Part shown: positions 43,941-54,929 of the stretch, piece after piece
Numbering within the stretch: position 1 is the stretch's first letter
Layout: every line of letters starts with the position of its first letter
Origin: Minutocellus sp. GHC0000111
Lineage: Eukaryota
Reading direction: 5' to 3'
Assembly: GCA_977018835.1 (NCBI GenBank)
Contig: OZ361258.1
Location: 4,402,001-4,466,000 of the forward strand
DNA length: 64,000 nt
Made by a program: the position numbers and the translations under genes
The notes under the pieces: generated by a model
Database searches by the model: none
Told to the model about the DNA's origin: nothing
The model's input: only the letters and a program-made list of their open reading frames with translations

Positions 43941-44360
43941 ATGACGGTGATTCAGCTGCGTAAAGGAGTCCTTCGGCAGATTCGATCATCCCTCAGAGCC
44001 GAGGCATTCATAGCTTTGCAGCAGGCCGGAGAGAGCAATGCTGCCGAAGATTTGGAAAGATCTGTCGGCTGCGAAGGAGGAGGGAAATTACTGCTCCGTC
44101 CCGAGAATGCTGTCATCAACGAGCTCATTCGAGAGTACTTAGAGTTCAATGGCTATAGTGGCACGGCTTCGGTGCTGGAGATCGAGGCTGGGGTCAGTAC
44201 CATTAGTGGCGATGATCAGGAGAATGAGCTGTGCCGAGAGATGATGAAGATTGAGCTTGGAGTCAACGAGAATACAAATGAAAAGAGGGCGGAGAGGAGC
44301 AAGAGCGTTCCTCTTCTCTACGGCATTGTCGAGGCGTTGAAACGTCGGAAGAATGGGTAG
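43941..44360 (+). CDS. CEP20: LisH-domain centriolar protein FOR20/FOPNL-like
   Basis: KGVLRQIRSSLRAE, ENAVINELIREYLEFNGY..TASVL..EAG, PLLYGIV. Confidence 0.8.
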   Translation: MTVIQLRKGVLRQIRSSLRAEAFIALQQAGESNAAEDLERSVGCEGGGKLLLRPENAVINELIREYLEFNGYSGTASVLEIEAGVSTISGDDQENELCREMMKIELGVNENTNEKRAERSKSVPLLYGIVEALKRRKNG

Positions 44361-45084
44361 AAGATTTGATTTGATTTATCAATACAAATCTATCTAGCTC
44401 GTAGCTCTACCCGGCACGTGTATGTTTCTCCGTTTTTCCTCCAAACCTACGTAGCTAACAATCAAAACTAGCCAATTGTTATTCGCACTGGTGATTTACT
44501 ATTGAGACAGGGAGAGTTGTCCGTTGCCTACTCCAATGCTTCCTGTAGTAACGTTTGTCGTCATTGCACTCGGTAGAACAAATGCCGCCGCCTTTACCGT
44601 ATACCACGCAGGGACATTCCTCTTCCACAGCCAACGGGAGATTCATGCATGTAAGAAAGGTATCGGCATGTAGATTTAGAGCAAAATGGAAAGATGATGA
44701 TTCAGATTGTGGCATCTATTGTGCTTGTCTAGGATGGTTGAGATGTAATGTAGTAGACGATGGAAGTCGGTGGAGATTGGAAAGTTGGGCTCATCTCTCT
44801 CTTATTGACTGCTGCGGCCTTAGTATTGCCCTTTGCCCGCCCGATGACCCCAGACTGTCACGAAAATGACAAGACACTAAAAATTTCGCATGGCCCGATG
44901 ACCCCGAAATCGCCTTCTGTTGTCGCGGGGCTTAGGCGCCATACTAGTACGGGCAAGTTCGTATTGCTGAAGTGCTTAGGAATTCCTACTTGGTCAGCTG
45001 GAGAAAGTGAAAATTGAAAACATAGAGCAAATAAAGCAAGGAGAGCTGCAGAGCTACACGTACAGTAGAATAATCAACAGAACC

Positions 45085-46176
45085 ATGCGCGGCAACACAA
45101 ACAACCGCTTCGCCGCGCCGCTCATCTTGGCGGCCGCGACAGCAACTATTATGCTTAGCATGGAGTTTGACGACCTCCTACAAGTCGCTCAGCAAGTGAC
45201 TCGGAATCTCAGGGAGCTCAAGGATTCCAAGGAGGCCAACGCCATGACTGCCGAGGCCCAACAGACGTATCCAGTAACGTTTCGGGCCGATCTAGCGTCC
45301 AATCTCATTCCGGTCCACTCCGGTCCCGAGGCTACCTCTTCGTCAACCGCAACTCCATTCTTTTGGCACATTCCCAAGGCCGGCGGGTCGTCTGTCAAAT
45401 ACTACTACGTCAACTGCCGTGGGATCAAGCTGGCACACTACGATGATGTGTTTGACATCGTGTCTCGTCCTGGGGTAATGAAGGCCAAGGCTGCGAACCT
45501 CGTCCCATCGCACAGCCACGATATGCTAATGAGCGCATTGTTCCACCCGGCCATTGATCTGTTCGATTCCGAAAACAAGGGGCGAGCCTTTGCCATGTTT
45601 CGTCATCCAGTTGATATTATCATCAGCACACACTACTATCTCCAGACCGCAACGTGGGAGCCCGGCTATGACCCAAAGCTTGGTGAAACTCCCATCGAAG
45701 AATTTGCTGCGCAGCCCTGCCGCAGAGATTGGATTACAAGAAACTTGGTCGGCGTCGCGTGTCAGGATGACCTAACCCAGGAAGACTTTGACTATGCCAA
45801 ACAAATTTTGGGCAATTACTTTTTAGTAGGCCTAACAAGCCACACCAATGAAAGTACGGAACGGTTTGATAAGATCTTCGGCATTCCCTTCCCCACTAAT
45901 CCGCAGCTCATTGAAAATTGCCCTGGCGCTGAGCATGCCAGCGAAGTTCCCAGGGAAAATGGCAATAAACATCCCAAGGTAGAGAGGGGCAGTGACACGT
46001 GGAATAAGATTGCTATGTCCCATGAATGGTATTCTCAACTGTATGACTTTATCGAATCCTTGTACAACGATCAGTCAAAATTCTTTGACGGTATGAAAGA
46101 CACCAGAACTGGTGGTGCCGATTATGAAGGCGAATTTGAACAGCCTACAAATGGTACCATTGCTCAGATGTTATGA
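45085..46176 (+). CDS. Sulfotransferase family protein (Golgi type)
   Basis: Signal anchor; FFWHIPKAGGSSVK, AMFRHPVDIIISTHYY, FLVGL..ESTERF. Confidence 0.85.
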   Translation: MRGNTNNRFAAPLILAAATATIMLSMEFDDLLQVAQQVTRNLRELKDSKEANAMTAEAQQTYPVTFRADLASNLIPVHSGPEATSSSTATPFFWHIPKAGGSSVKYYYVNCRGIKLAHYDDVFDIVSRPGVMKAKAANLVPSHSHDMLMSALFHPAIDLFDSENKGRAFAMFRHPVDIIISTHYYLQTATWEPGYDPKLGETPIEEFAAQPCRRDWITRNLVGVACQDDLTQEDFDYAKQILGNYFLVGLTSHTNESTERFDKIFGIPFPTNPQLIENCPGAEHASEVPRENGNKHPKVERGSDTWNKIAMSHEWYSQLYDFIESLYNDQSKFFDGMKDTRTGGADYEGEFEQPTNGTIAQML

Positions 46177-46493
46177 TTCTAGGCTTATCGGCAGGGTACA
46201 TACGGTATAGGGCAGGATAAACAACAAACTTGTAGATTTTGCAAGACTGTAGGAATTCCTAGTTTAGAGGTGCCGGGACAGGGCAAAAAGAGGGAAAACC
46301 ACCGTACCGGTAGATATCGCCGATCGGCGAAGTCGACGGTTGGGTTCGCAAGCCGAAGATTCTCATCAATCAAAAGAACCTCGATGGCTTGTTCAAGTCA
46401 GAAGTGAAGTCAAGCTCGACGTTTGCATTCGGCCTTTATTCGTTTGCCACAATCTCTCATCTAATACGAAGTGCCAGCAGATCTCAAACAAAA

Positions 46494-47435
46494 ATGAAAT
46501 GCAAAGGAAGACACACCGTAGGAAAATCGCTTACATGTATCACATGCTGGGACCCATCCGAGTTCGATGACAGCTACAATAACATTGCTACGAATGAGAG
46601 GGTGGAACTAGTCCTCGTCCACACCGAAGGGCACGTTCTGGTAGAAGCGATGCGATCCAATGCTGATCGTAACAGTTGTATACCTGATCTGGCCGATTCT
46701 TCTAATGGTTGTGTCGCATGCAATGATGACATGAAGAGCTCTCCAGTCCAAATGGAGGTTATGGGCATCTACAAACGCGGCAGAGAACCGCGCGAGGCAG
46801 AGCTCGCAGAAGCCTGTACTATTAACGACTATGCACCCGACCAAATCATGGTCCGCAAAAGACTACGCACCAGGCCCCTCATGTGTGATAAAGTGCACAT
46901 AACGCATTCTCGTAGTGGCAACGAAAGTGACGGCAATGAGGCCGATGACGAATCGGACGATCATAAAATTGTGCAGGGGCATACAGCAAAGCACGAAGAG
47001 AATAATGCAAGAAAGACAAAGAACAAGCGGTCAAAAAGTGGGCGAACGAAGAGGTCTCTACGCCGCCGACTGAAGACAAAGGCTTCCAATGGTACCGAGT
47101 ACGACGTGACTATGTTCAAGCCAGAGGAAGGTCTAGTCATGAGGAAGAGCGATTGGCCATTTTATCACGCGGACCTCTCTGAGCATTCCGATGACTCGAC
47201 CGACGATGAGAGGGTGTAAGACGAGAGGGCCATCCTGTGGCAGTCCATTGAGAACTATGAGGCCCTGATGTGCAACCCGGTGATGTCGGATTACTTCCTG
47301 CCCCCCACCATTGTCGAGGCGGATGCTCCGACCCCCGAATCCGAGGCAGGAGCCAACAACACCTCCATCGAAGTTGATGCCGATGGAGGAGTCATTGGCG
47401 ACCCCGCCACAGAAGCCATCGAACTCATCTTGGAC
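46494..47435 (+). CDS. Hypothetical protein, in-frame TAA at 47217-47219, possibly truncated
   Basis: Coding-like ORF that continues in the same frame past the TAA (DERAILWQSIENYEALMCNP..). Confidence 0.45.
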
Positions 47436-48245
47436 AACCCACGATTCGGCGAGCAGGTCATTGGCGGATCGATCTCCGCCTTGTTGGACCGAATAGGCAC
47501 CGGGGATTGCAACGGCAAAGCGCTCAGGGACGTTGTCAGCGCCTTCCTGTTCGGCCTCAATTATGCGCCGGCCGGCCAAGTCGCTGCTCGAAATCCGAGG
47601 AGGAGTTGGGCCTCTCTCGAACCTACGAGCAAAGTGGGTGTCCAGCCAGGACGAGCCACTGGAACTTCCGCTCGATACCGTCCGTTGGTCATGGCCGTCA
47701 ACCTCATTGTTGCCGTCGTCGTCGCCACCATTGTCTGGATGTTCCAGATCTTGCTGAAGCTGCGGCGGTGCCTCGTTCACATGCTCGGTCGCTTCTTCAG
47801 AGATAAATCTATCGCATGGGACCATTCGGGCATTCGATGACGATGCAAATACAACGGCAGTGGCTCCGCCTGCATTTGTGCCTGCTTTGCATGTCTTCGT
47901 TGAAGGACCAACAGTGTACCGGTATTGATGAGAAGCAGCACCGGCAACGGCGACAGCACCGACACCGGCAGATTGTTTCTGGCTGCTAAGGTTGGGCATT
48001 GCGATCGGAGCGCTCTGGCTGATGTCGTCGTCGTCGTCGTTGTTGTCGTCGGACGAAATTCCAAAGCTGTCGGAAATAGACTCATCGGCAGCGGTCTCGT
48101 CGGTGGCACATGAAGCGTCAATCGAGCCAACTTCCTTTGGGACATTGTCCCTTTCTAAATCTAGGCCTGATTGCCGGGAGCCTCCGCTGCTGCTGCTGCT
48201 GTCGGCGTCGAGCCCCTCTACCAGGCCCATTTCATCGTCGCCCAT
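47133..48245 (-). CDS. Low-complexity protein with PGAY motif, possibly 3'-truncated
   Basis: Acidic/Ser-rich N-terminus and AIPGAYSV; the 3' part overlaps the opposite-strand ORF. Confidence 0.5.
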   Translation of the reverse strand: MGDDEMGLVEGLDADSSSSSGGSRQSGLDLERDNVPKEVGSIDASCATDETAADESISDSFGISSDDNNDDDDDISQSAPIAMPNLSSQKQSAGVGAVAVAGAASHQYRYTVGPSTKTCKAGTNAGGATAVVFASSSNARMVPCDRFISEEATEHVNEAPPQLQQDLEHPDNGGDDDGNNEVDGHDQRTVSSGSSSGSSWLDTHFARRFERGPTPPRISSSDLAGRRIIEAEQEGADNVPERFAVAIPGAYSVQQGGDRSANDLLAESWVVQDEFDGFCGGVANDSSIGINFDGGVVGSCLGFGGRSIRLDNGGGQEVIRHHRVAHQGLIVLNGLPQDGPLVLHPLIVGRVIGMLREVRVIKWPIALPHD

Positions 48246-48856
48246 GGCTTGGCGATGCAGGAAACTCCTACTCGTACTTGCTTTACTCTCGGTTGGCTAC
48301 TGTTGGCCTTTTACGTTGACTGCAGGGCTACTCTAGTACTCTACTAGACTCGACGACTCGACTCTAGCTACGTAGTACGCGTATGTGGCTGTGTGTTGTC
48401 AGTCGTAGTTTTCTAATGTGTGTAAACGTGGAGGAGGCTCTAAAGTTGCTTACGTAGTAGTAGGTAATATGTGTGTGTCTGCATGTGCGGCGTGAACAGA
48501 AAGTCGCACTTTCGAGAAAAAGTACTCACAATGACGGTAAATGACTCGACATTTCCGGCATTTCCGCCGGCATTTCCGGCATTACTACACTTCATTATCG
48601 CAGAACTACGACTAGCTACGTACAAGTTGTAGCTAGCTAGTCGTAGTTCTGCTGAAAGCGTACTATGATGGTGACTGCACTATAAATTTAGTCTTTCTTT
48701 GCACTACACGTAGTAGTAGGCAGCAGACCCAGTCGGCAGCAGCTTGAATCGAGCTGCTGCTGATGCGATACATACTACGTAGCTAGCTAGAGCCTAGCTA
48801 CGTAGCTCTAGCTCTAGAGAAGCAGACCATACATGCATGTACTTTTGTTTGCCATT

Positions 48857-49843
48857 ATGTCGACAATTCCGCATTGCTTTTTATCAGGCCTACTCTTCGC
48901 GATGGCGACGGCACCGGCGGCGGCATTGACCAGCGAAAGGCTCGAAGTGGAACAGTTAGAGGCACTTGTCCCAGGAATTGGCACGCCTGTGCCACTGATC
49001 GGAAGCAACATTGACGGAGAGAGTGTGTTCACAAACTTCGTCACTGCTCACAATGAGGGGCAGTTCTTCATTCTGTACAATGGCATGATGACCTACGAAA
49101 AGCCCTCGGCGGAAGCGTTCGAGGTGACCACTTTGCTCTGGTGCAGCGATCTGGTCTTTAGCGCCTTGGCAGGTGTCTCCGACCGGGCTGTTGGATACTC
49201 CGGCCGGTGCATCATCGTGCGGTTGACCGAGCCGACCGACTTTGTTGACTCCGGGGCTGGAGTATCGGACTATGAAGAGCTGAACATCAACGATTTTGTG
49301 GACACGTTCGGCATATCCACCGTCTTCATTCCTCAGATGAACGTCCTCCAGGGCGTGATGCACAAGCATACCGACAACTACGTCCGCATGTTCTGGGACG
49401 ATGGCCGACCGACCATGGCAATGAATGGTTGGGAAAATCACGACGAAGGAGATGACTCGCCAAATGCCCATTCCAGCTCTTGGTCCAACGTTGCAACGTG
49501 TAGGTGGCTATCTGCGGAGCAGACAGCTTCGTTCCTGAGAGTAGAAACTTCGAATCTTTCCCCCGAAAGGTTCTGCGATATTTACGAGCAAGTGTGGAAC
49601 AAAATGAATAAGCCAATCGAGTCAGTCGAGCCAGACACAGCGGACAAGGAAGCTGGGGGCGATAATGAGAAATCAGATGAAGAGACAAAAGATGAGGAAA
49701 CGGAAGAGGAAGAGCAAGGAGACGGCACCAATAGCTCCGACGCTAGTAGCGGCCAAATCCCAAGGAGAGCGAGAAGAAAGCTGACCAGCATTCCTGAACC
49801 GGGCACTTTATTCTCTTTTTTCCTCAGACTTATCTGTTTGTAG
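48857..49843 (+). CDS. Hypothetical secreted/membrane-anchored protein
   Basis: Signal-like N-terminus, globular middle, acidic linker, hydrophobic C-terminus. Confidence 0.65.
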   Translation: MSTIPHCFLSGLLFAMATAPAAALTSERLEVEQLEALVPGIGTPVPLIGSNIDGESVFTNFVTAHNEGQFFILYNGMMTYEKPSAEAFEVTTLLWCSDLVFSALAGVSDRAVGYSGRCIIVRLTEPTDFVDSGAGVSDYEELNINDFVDTFGISTVFIPQMNVLQGVMHKHTDNYVRMFWDDGRPTMAMNGWENHDEGDDSPNAHSSSWSNVATCRWLSAEQTASFLRVETSNLSPERFCDIYEQVWNKMNKPIESVEPDTADKEAGGDNEKSDEETKDEETEEEEQGDGTNSSDASSGQIPRRARRKLTSIPEPGTLFSFFLRLICL

Positions 49844-50071
49844 CACGTAGATCTAGATCTACATGTTGGCGTTAAGAAGTAGAGCAACGATAATTGGTTA
49901 TGGAGCACCAAGAGGATGCGTACATAGATCTACGTATACATACATGTAGAAAAAGGTTTGTTCATAAATGCCGATCCGATGCGACCTACAAGTAGAGCTA
50001 TCTAGCTATAGAGCTACATAGATCTAGTTCTGTATAAATCTATATTCTTCTCAAAGCCAGTGTCTACGTAG

Positions 50072-52338
50072 CTAACAATCAAAACTAGCCACGTTCCTCG
50101 AAGGGCGACTGCTCGGACGGGGACGGGGAGTTTCGCACACTTCGCACTTGTCCCTGGATCCGATGTTGATCTCGTTGTAAAATGTGCACGCGCCACACGA
50201 CCAGGGCCCTATAGTACTGGGAGTGCTGTTGTTGCGGATGCTCCGAGTATCGACCGATGGAGGTTGGTACTGCTGGGGCTGCGGCGTCTGATGATGCGAT
50301 TGCCGAGGACTTGGTTTCCTCTTCTTGGCCGACGACGATGATGATTTTTTGGCTGAAGCCGAAGCGGAGGCCGATGATGCGGATGTCGAGCCGACCAAAC
50401 AGTCGGAGCTGCTCGATGCTCGCACGGTGCGAGGAGATTCCGACGACGGGGAGCGCGAGATTTGCGCATCGCGATCGTCGTCATTACCATTCCTGCCGTC
50501 ATTTGTCGAGTCCTGAGGCTCGTTGATACAATCTTCCGCGGCCCTGGCCGCCTCCGCAGCACTGGGCTTGCGATCGTCGTCCTCGTCTTCGTCGCTCCCG
50601 TCATCCAACACAATGGGCTCCTCGGCACCACCGTCATTGGCGTCATCTGCGTCATCGTCTTTCTTCTCCTCTTCTCGAACTTCCAACTCCCGCACGTGTC
50701 CTCCTCCCACTTCCTCTTCTTCTTGTTGTTGTGACAACTAGTAGCACCCTCGCCTGCACCGGCATCCTCCTCGACCTCGCCCATCCTCCACCCCTGCTCC
50801 TTGCACCGCTTCCTGCCCTCGGCCAGCAGGGCGGCGAAGCCGGACTTCATCTTGTTGGGAATATCGGCCGCACGACTGCTACTACTGCCGGTGGCACCAC
50901 CATTACCACCGGTACCACCACCGCCGTCGCCATTCCCGCCATCGGCACCACCATCGACCTTCTCCTCGTTCCACTTGGCGTTCAATCGCCTCATCTCCTC
51001 CGCCACTCTGCCGCTGCCGTTCATCATGGCCGCCCTCCTCTCCCGGTCTTTCGCCCGTTCCTCCGCGTGGACCTGCTCCACCAGCTGGGCAATCGGTGCC
51101 GGTCGGGTGGACAGGCACTGGGCGTTGTACAGCATCCGGAAGGCCCGGTAGCGGTCCTTGAGGACGTCCAGGCCGCTGCTGCCACCAATGCCACCACCGC
51201 CGCCCTTGGTGCTGGTCGACATGTGGTAGTCGCCCAACAATTTGACCAGCTGGGGCTTCTTGAGGAGGTGGATGTTGCCGGCGATGGGACGGGTCCGATC
51301 GAGCGTCCGGGGGTCGATGGTCGAGCGGTGGGCGGTGAGATATTCCGCGTCGGACGGGTAGGATTTGGCTGCAGGTGGTGCGGGTGCTGTTGCTGCCTTG
51401 CTGGTGGCGGAGGAGGCTGATGAACGAGCGGGTGCCTTCCTTTCGCTGCTGGTACTGTTGTTGCTCTTGCCACAACTACGACCGCCACTCTTGGGAACGA
51501 ACTCGACGTCGGTGTCGGAATTGCTACCGCCATCCTCGTCGTCCTCCTCGGCATACTCCTCGCCCGAGCCTTCGTCTTCGTCGGACGACGGCGAATCACC
51601 GACGTCGTCGTCGATATTGGTATTGTCCGCTGCAGAGGCAGCAGCAGCAGCGGCAGTCGTGGCACTGGCGCGGCGGAAGCTGCTCCGCCTCGGACGCTTC
51701 TTCCCACCGGCCGACGACGATGACGAAGCTGATGACGATGAAGCTGATGAAGCCGTCACGGACGCGGCCGCCCTCTTCTTCCCGCCGTCGTCGCTTGCGC
51801 CATTCGCATTAGCATCGCTGCTGCCATTGGCCGCCGCCGCTGACTCATTCTCATCCTCGTCATTATTATTACCACCGTTGCTCGACAAAGACGAAGACAT
51901 CCACATCCGATCCCGCACCTGTCCCCTCACGCTGCCCCAAAGGCGACAGACGGCCTCCAACGTCGGGTTCGCCCTGACGTCCTTCTCGTCGCACTTCTGT
52001 CGACACTTGGGACAGCTCTGGCCGTTTCGGGCCAACGACTGATGCTTGAGGTTGTTCAGCAAGCACAGGGAGCAGAAGGTGTGGGAGCAGTCTTTGAGGG
52101 TGACGGGGATTTGGAGGGGGGCGGCGTGGCAGATGGGGCAGGTCAGGTGGGCGTCGAGGGCGGACAGCTGCGACAGGAGGGGGGAGAGGGCGGGGTCGGA
52201 CGACGAGGAATTGCCACTGGTGGCGTTGGGATTTTGCAGCCAGTTGATCGAGTCGTCGGCGTCGTCCATCTCGCCGGCGAACGGCGCGGCGGCGGCGGCG
52301 GAGGCAGGCCGCTGAGAGGCCTTCTTCGGCGGGGCCAT
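50072..52338 (-). CDS. RAD18: RAD18-like RING E3 ligase with C-terminal RanBP2/NZF finger (frame break at about 50737)
   Basis: LDAHLTCPIC..CSHTFCSLC..CPKCR (RING); LLKKPQLVKLLGDYHMST..RYRAFRMLYNAQC..IAQLVEQV (SAP region of RAD18); WSCGACTFYN..CEVC. Confidence 0.8.
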
Positions 52339-52791
52339 CGCGTCCGAGGAAATGCAGGTGGGGGAGGAAGCAACGGCAGGTACAGCCGGTATGCACAATA
52401 ATACCAAAGGCTGACCTCTCTCTCGCTCTCGTGACTCTCGGTTTTGAGCTTGGCGCTTGCTGGACAAGCAATTTGCTTACTTGCCAGGAGCAGCGGCAGC
52501 AGCAGCAGCAGCAGCAGCAGGCAGGCTCTCGTCCTTCAAAACAAACTAGCTCCGTGCGTCGTCTTTCCACCGTTCGACAAGCAAAATCGCAAAGATCGCA
52601 CCAGCCATCAGATCACTGCTCATGGTCGCCGCTTGCAATCCCTAGCTAGGGATTGCAAGCATCTCAGGTAGACTCTGAAAGATAGACTGAATTAATTGAT
52701 TGAGCGCACACGCACGCATGATCAAAGCAGGAAGAGCCTTTTCCCGAAACAGAACACAACCGAACCGAACCTCCGCCCAGCCATCCATCCA

Positions 52792-54678
52792 ATGAGACCG
52801 ATTGCATCGGCGGTGCTGCGAGAAACGATGGTATCGTCGGCAGCTTCGACTTCTTCTGCGACACCCTTGCCACTGGTCAGTGCCGCTAGCAGTGCCACCG
52901 CCACCGCCACCGCATCTTCTTCCATCCTATCAACAATTCTGTCCTACCTCACCGAACACAGGTGGGCAATGTTTGGCATCGGCCTGGCAGCGACACCTCT
53001 AATAGCGTTGTTGCAGGGGACGTACTTTTTTATACGATATCGACTTCAATTTGGCAACGAGGTGCCGGTGCCCGTGTTGCCGGCACACGGTGTGGTGCTC
53101 GTGGTCGACAGGGAGGAGGAGGAGACAGATGGCAGTGGCACATCTCATTGTATCCGAAATGTGGACATCACCTACCGAGATGATGGCGATAGCAGCACCG
53201 ATGCCGATGAGAACAAAATGAGGACATGGGGAGCAATAGCAACCGCAACACCGCAATCCTCCCGCCCAAACACAAAGCAAGCCCCCCTCCGCCTGCTGGT
53301 CATCGGTGATTCCCTCGCCGCGGGAGTGGGCGTCCTATCTCCCTCGTCACCGGCACCGCTCCTTCCCGAAATTGTGGCCCGATCGCTGTCCAGAGCGTTG
53401 GGTGGAAAGCCAATCTTTTGGACCTGTGTGGCAGAGCCCGGTGCCAGTTCGGGCTGGATCTTCCGTGAGTTGGCCAGTCGAAGCTTCCTGCAGGATGGTT
53501 GCGAAGGGAGCATGCAAATGGATTGCCGCGAAGCAAGTGAATTTGCAGACGAAAACAAGGTTTCAACTGCTCAAAATGTGTCTTCTGCGCCATCCTCAGT
53601 CATTCAAAAAGCACTGGCACTGTCGGCGGGGGGTGATACAATCATAAGCAACATTGATGAAGCCGATAGAGAACTGGCTGAATGGTGCAGAATGCTGCAA
53701 GTGCATAGCAAGCGGTTGCACACCGACGTGATGGGGGAATATGATGTAGCAGTCGTCATGACTGGTCTCAACGATCTAAGAGGTGCGATACTTCACTTTC
53801 TTCTTACCGGGGATGAGATTGAATTTAGAAGACAAGCGCATGCTAGGGGTGGTGACTACACGGCGGAGCTGAAGAGAGTTGTCGATGCCTTGAGCGATAA
53901 GATGAAGCAGGGATTTACTGAATACGTTCAAAATGTACGATTGCGTGTTGGGTCGATGACTTCATCCCGCAAAGAAACCACTGCGGCAAGTACTGATGTT
54001 GATGAAATGCAACAGAGCGAGTCGTCGAGGCACCCCTTGTTGCCTACTGATGAATTATCCTCGACTCAATACGGTGCCGCAGACGAATGTGCCGAGGATA
54101 TGGAGACTCAAAGTATCGAAAGCAAGGAGGGCGGAGAACAATACCCGCTTGTGGTTCTGACAGCATTGCCATCCAACTTGCCAGTCCTGCAGTGCCCACC
54201 TTTTTTTTGGCTGTTGAAACCTCTGATTAGATGGACAGATCGCATTAAACGAAAACTTGCTGGACGATTTCCGCATGCAATGCTTTTCGTGGAAGCTCCT
54301 AAACGCTCGGCGATGAAAAATTACGAGGTGAAACGAGGACCTTTTTGGTTGGAGCATGAAAAGGAAAAAATTCTTCTATCTCTCAAAGTAGCGCCGGAGG
54401 GTGATTGTCGCCGGACTGAAGATGCTATGCAATCATATCATGATAAGCACATTAGAATAAGGCAAAGAATTCACGGTAGAGATTGCGCACCGTCCTGCGA
54501 GGAGGAGGACTTTGGAAATCTTTTTGACGGTGAAGACAATATCATTTTTCCAGCGAGTGTGCACCCCCGAGCCCCTGGGGCATCACTTCTCTCGGCGGAT
54601 GGAATCCACCCAAATAACGATGGCTACGATTGTTGGGGTAGAATTATTGCTAGCGAGATCCTCAGAAAGTGGCGCTAA
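52792..54678 (+). CDS. SGNH/GDSL hydrolase with TM anchor
   Basis: LLVIGDSLAAG (block I), TGLND (block III), DGIHPN (block V). Confidence 0.88.
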   Translation: MRPIASAVLRETMVSSAASTSSATPLPLVSAASSATATATASSSILSTILSYLTEHRWAMFGIGLAATPLIALLQGTYFFIRYRLQFGNEVPVPVLPAHGVVLVVDREEEETDGSGTSHCIRNVDITYRDDGDSSTDADENKMRTWGAIATATPQSSRPNTKQAPLRLLVIGDSLAAGVGVLSPSSPAPLLPEIVARSLSRALGGKPIFWTCVAEPGASSGWIFRELASRSFLQDGCEGSMQMDCREASEFADENKVSTAQNVSSAPSSVIQKALALSAGGDTIISNIDEADRELAEWCRMLQVHSKRLHTDVMGEYDVAVVMTGLNDLRGAILHFLLTGDEIEFRRQAHARGGDYTAELKRVVDALSDKMKQGFTEYVQNVRLRVGSMTSSRKETTAASTDVDEMQQSESSRHPLLPTDELSSTQYGAADECAEDMETQSIESKEGGEQYPLVVLTALPSNLPVLQCPPFFWLLKPLIRWTDRIKRKLAGRFPHAMLFVEAPKRSAMKNYEVKRGPFWLEHEKEKILLSLKVAPEGDCRRTEDAMQSYHDKHIRIRQRIHGRDCAPSCEEEDFGNLFDGEDNIIFPASVHPRAPGASLLSADGIHPNNDGYDCWGRIIASEILRKWR

Positions 54679-54929
54679 CTTTTTCACTGCAGTCATATTG
54701 AGAGAGCCATTTGACATGTATTCTTTTCTTTTACGTTAACCGAATATATTATGCGAGGTGCAGCTCGCTAGAGATCTGCATTTCAACGAAAATATTATGC
54801 TTTCTTGAGTTGGTCTGTTGCCATCGCTCGTCTTCGATCGATGTATGTAAATTATGGGACATCAATGTATTGGCAAAAATATAAAATGTATAAAGAAACA
54901 AAAATATGGTGGATCTGTGCATTGGGTCA

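Noticed and set aside
34938..47219. Alternative genetic code or selenocysteine explaining the in-frame stops
   Set aside because: TAA, TAG and TGA all terminate other genes at expected positions; the stops are of different types and no SECIS was identified.
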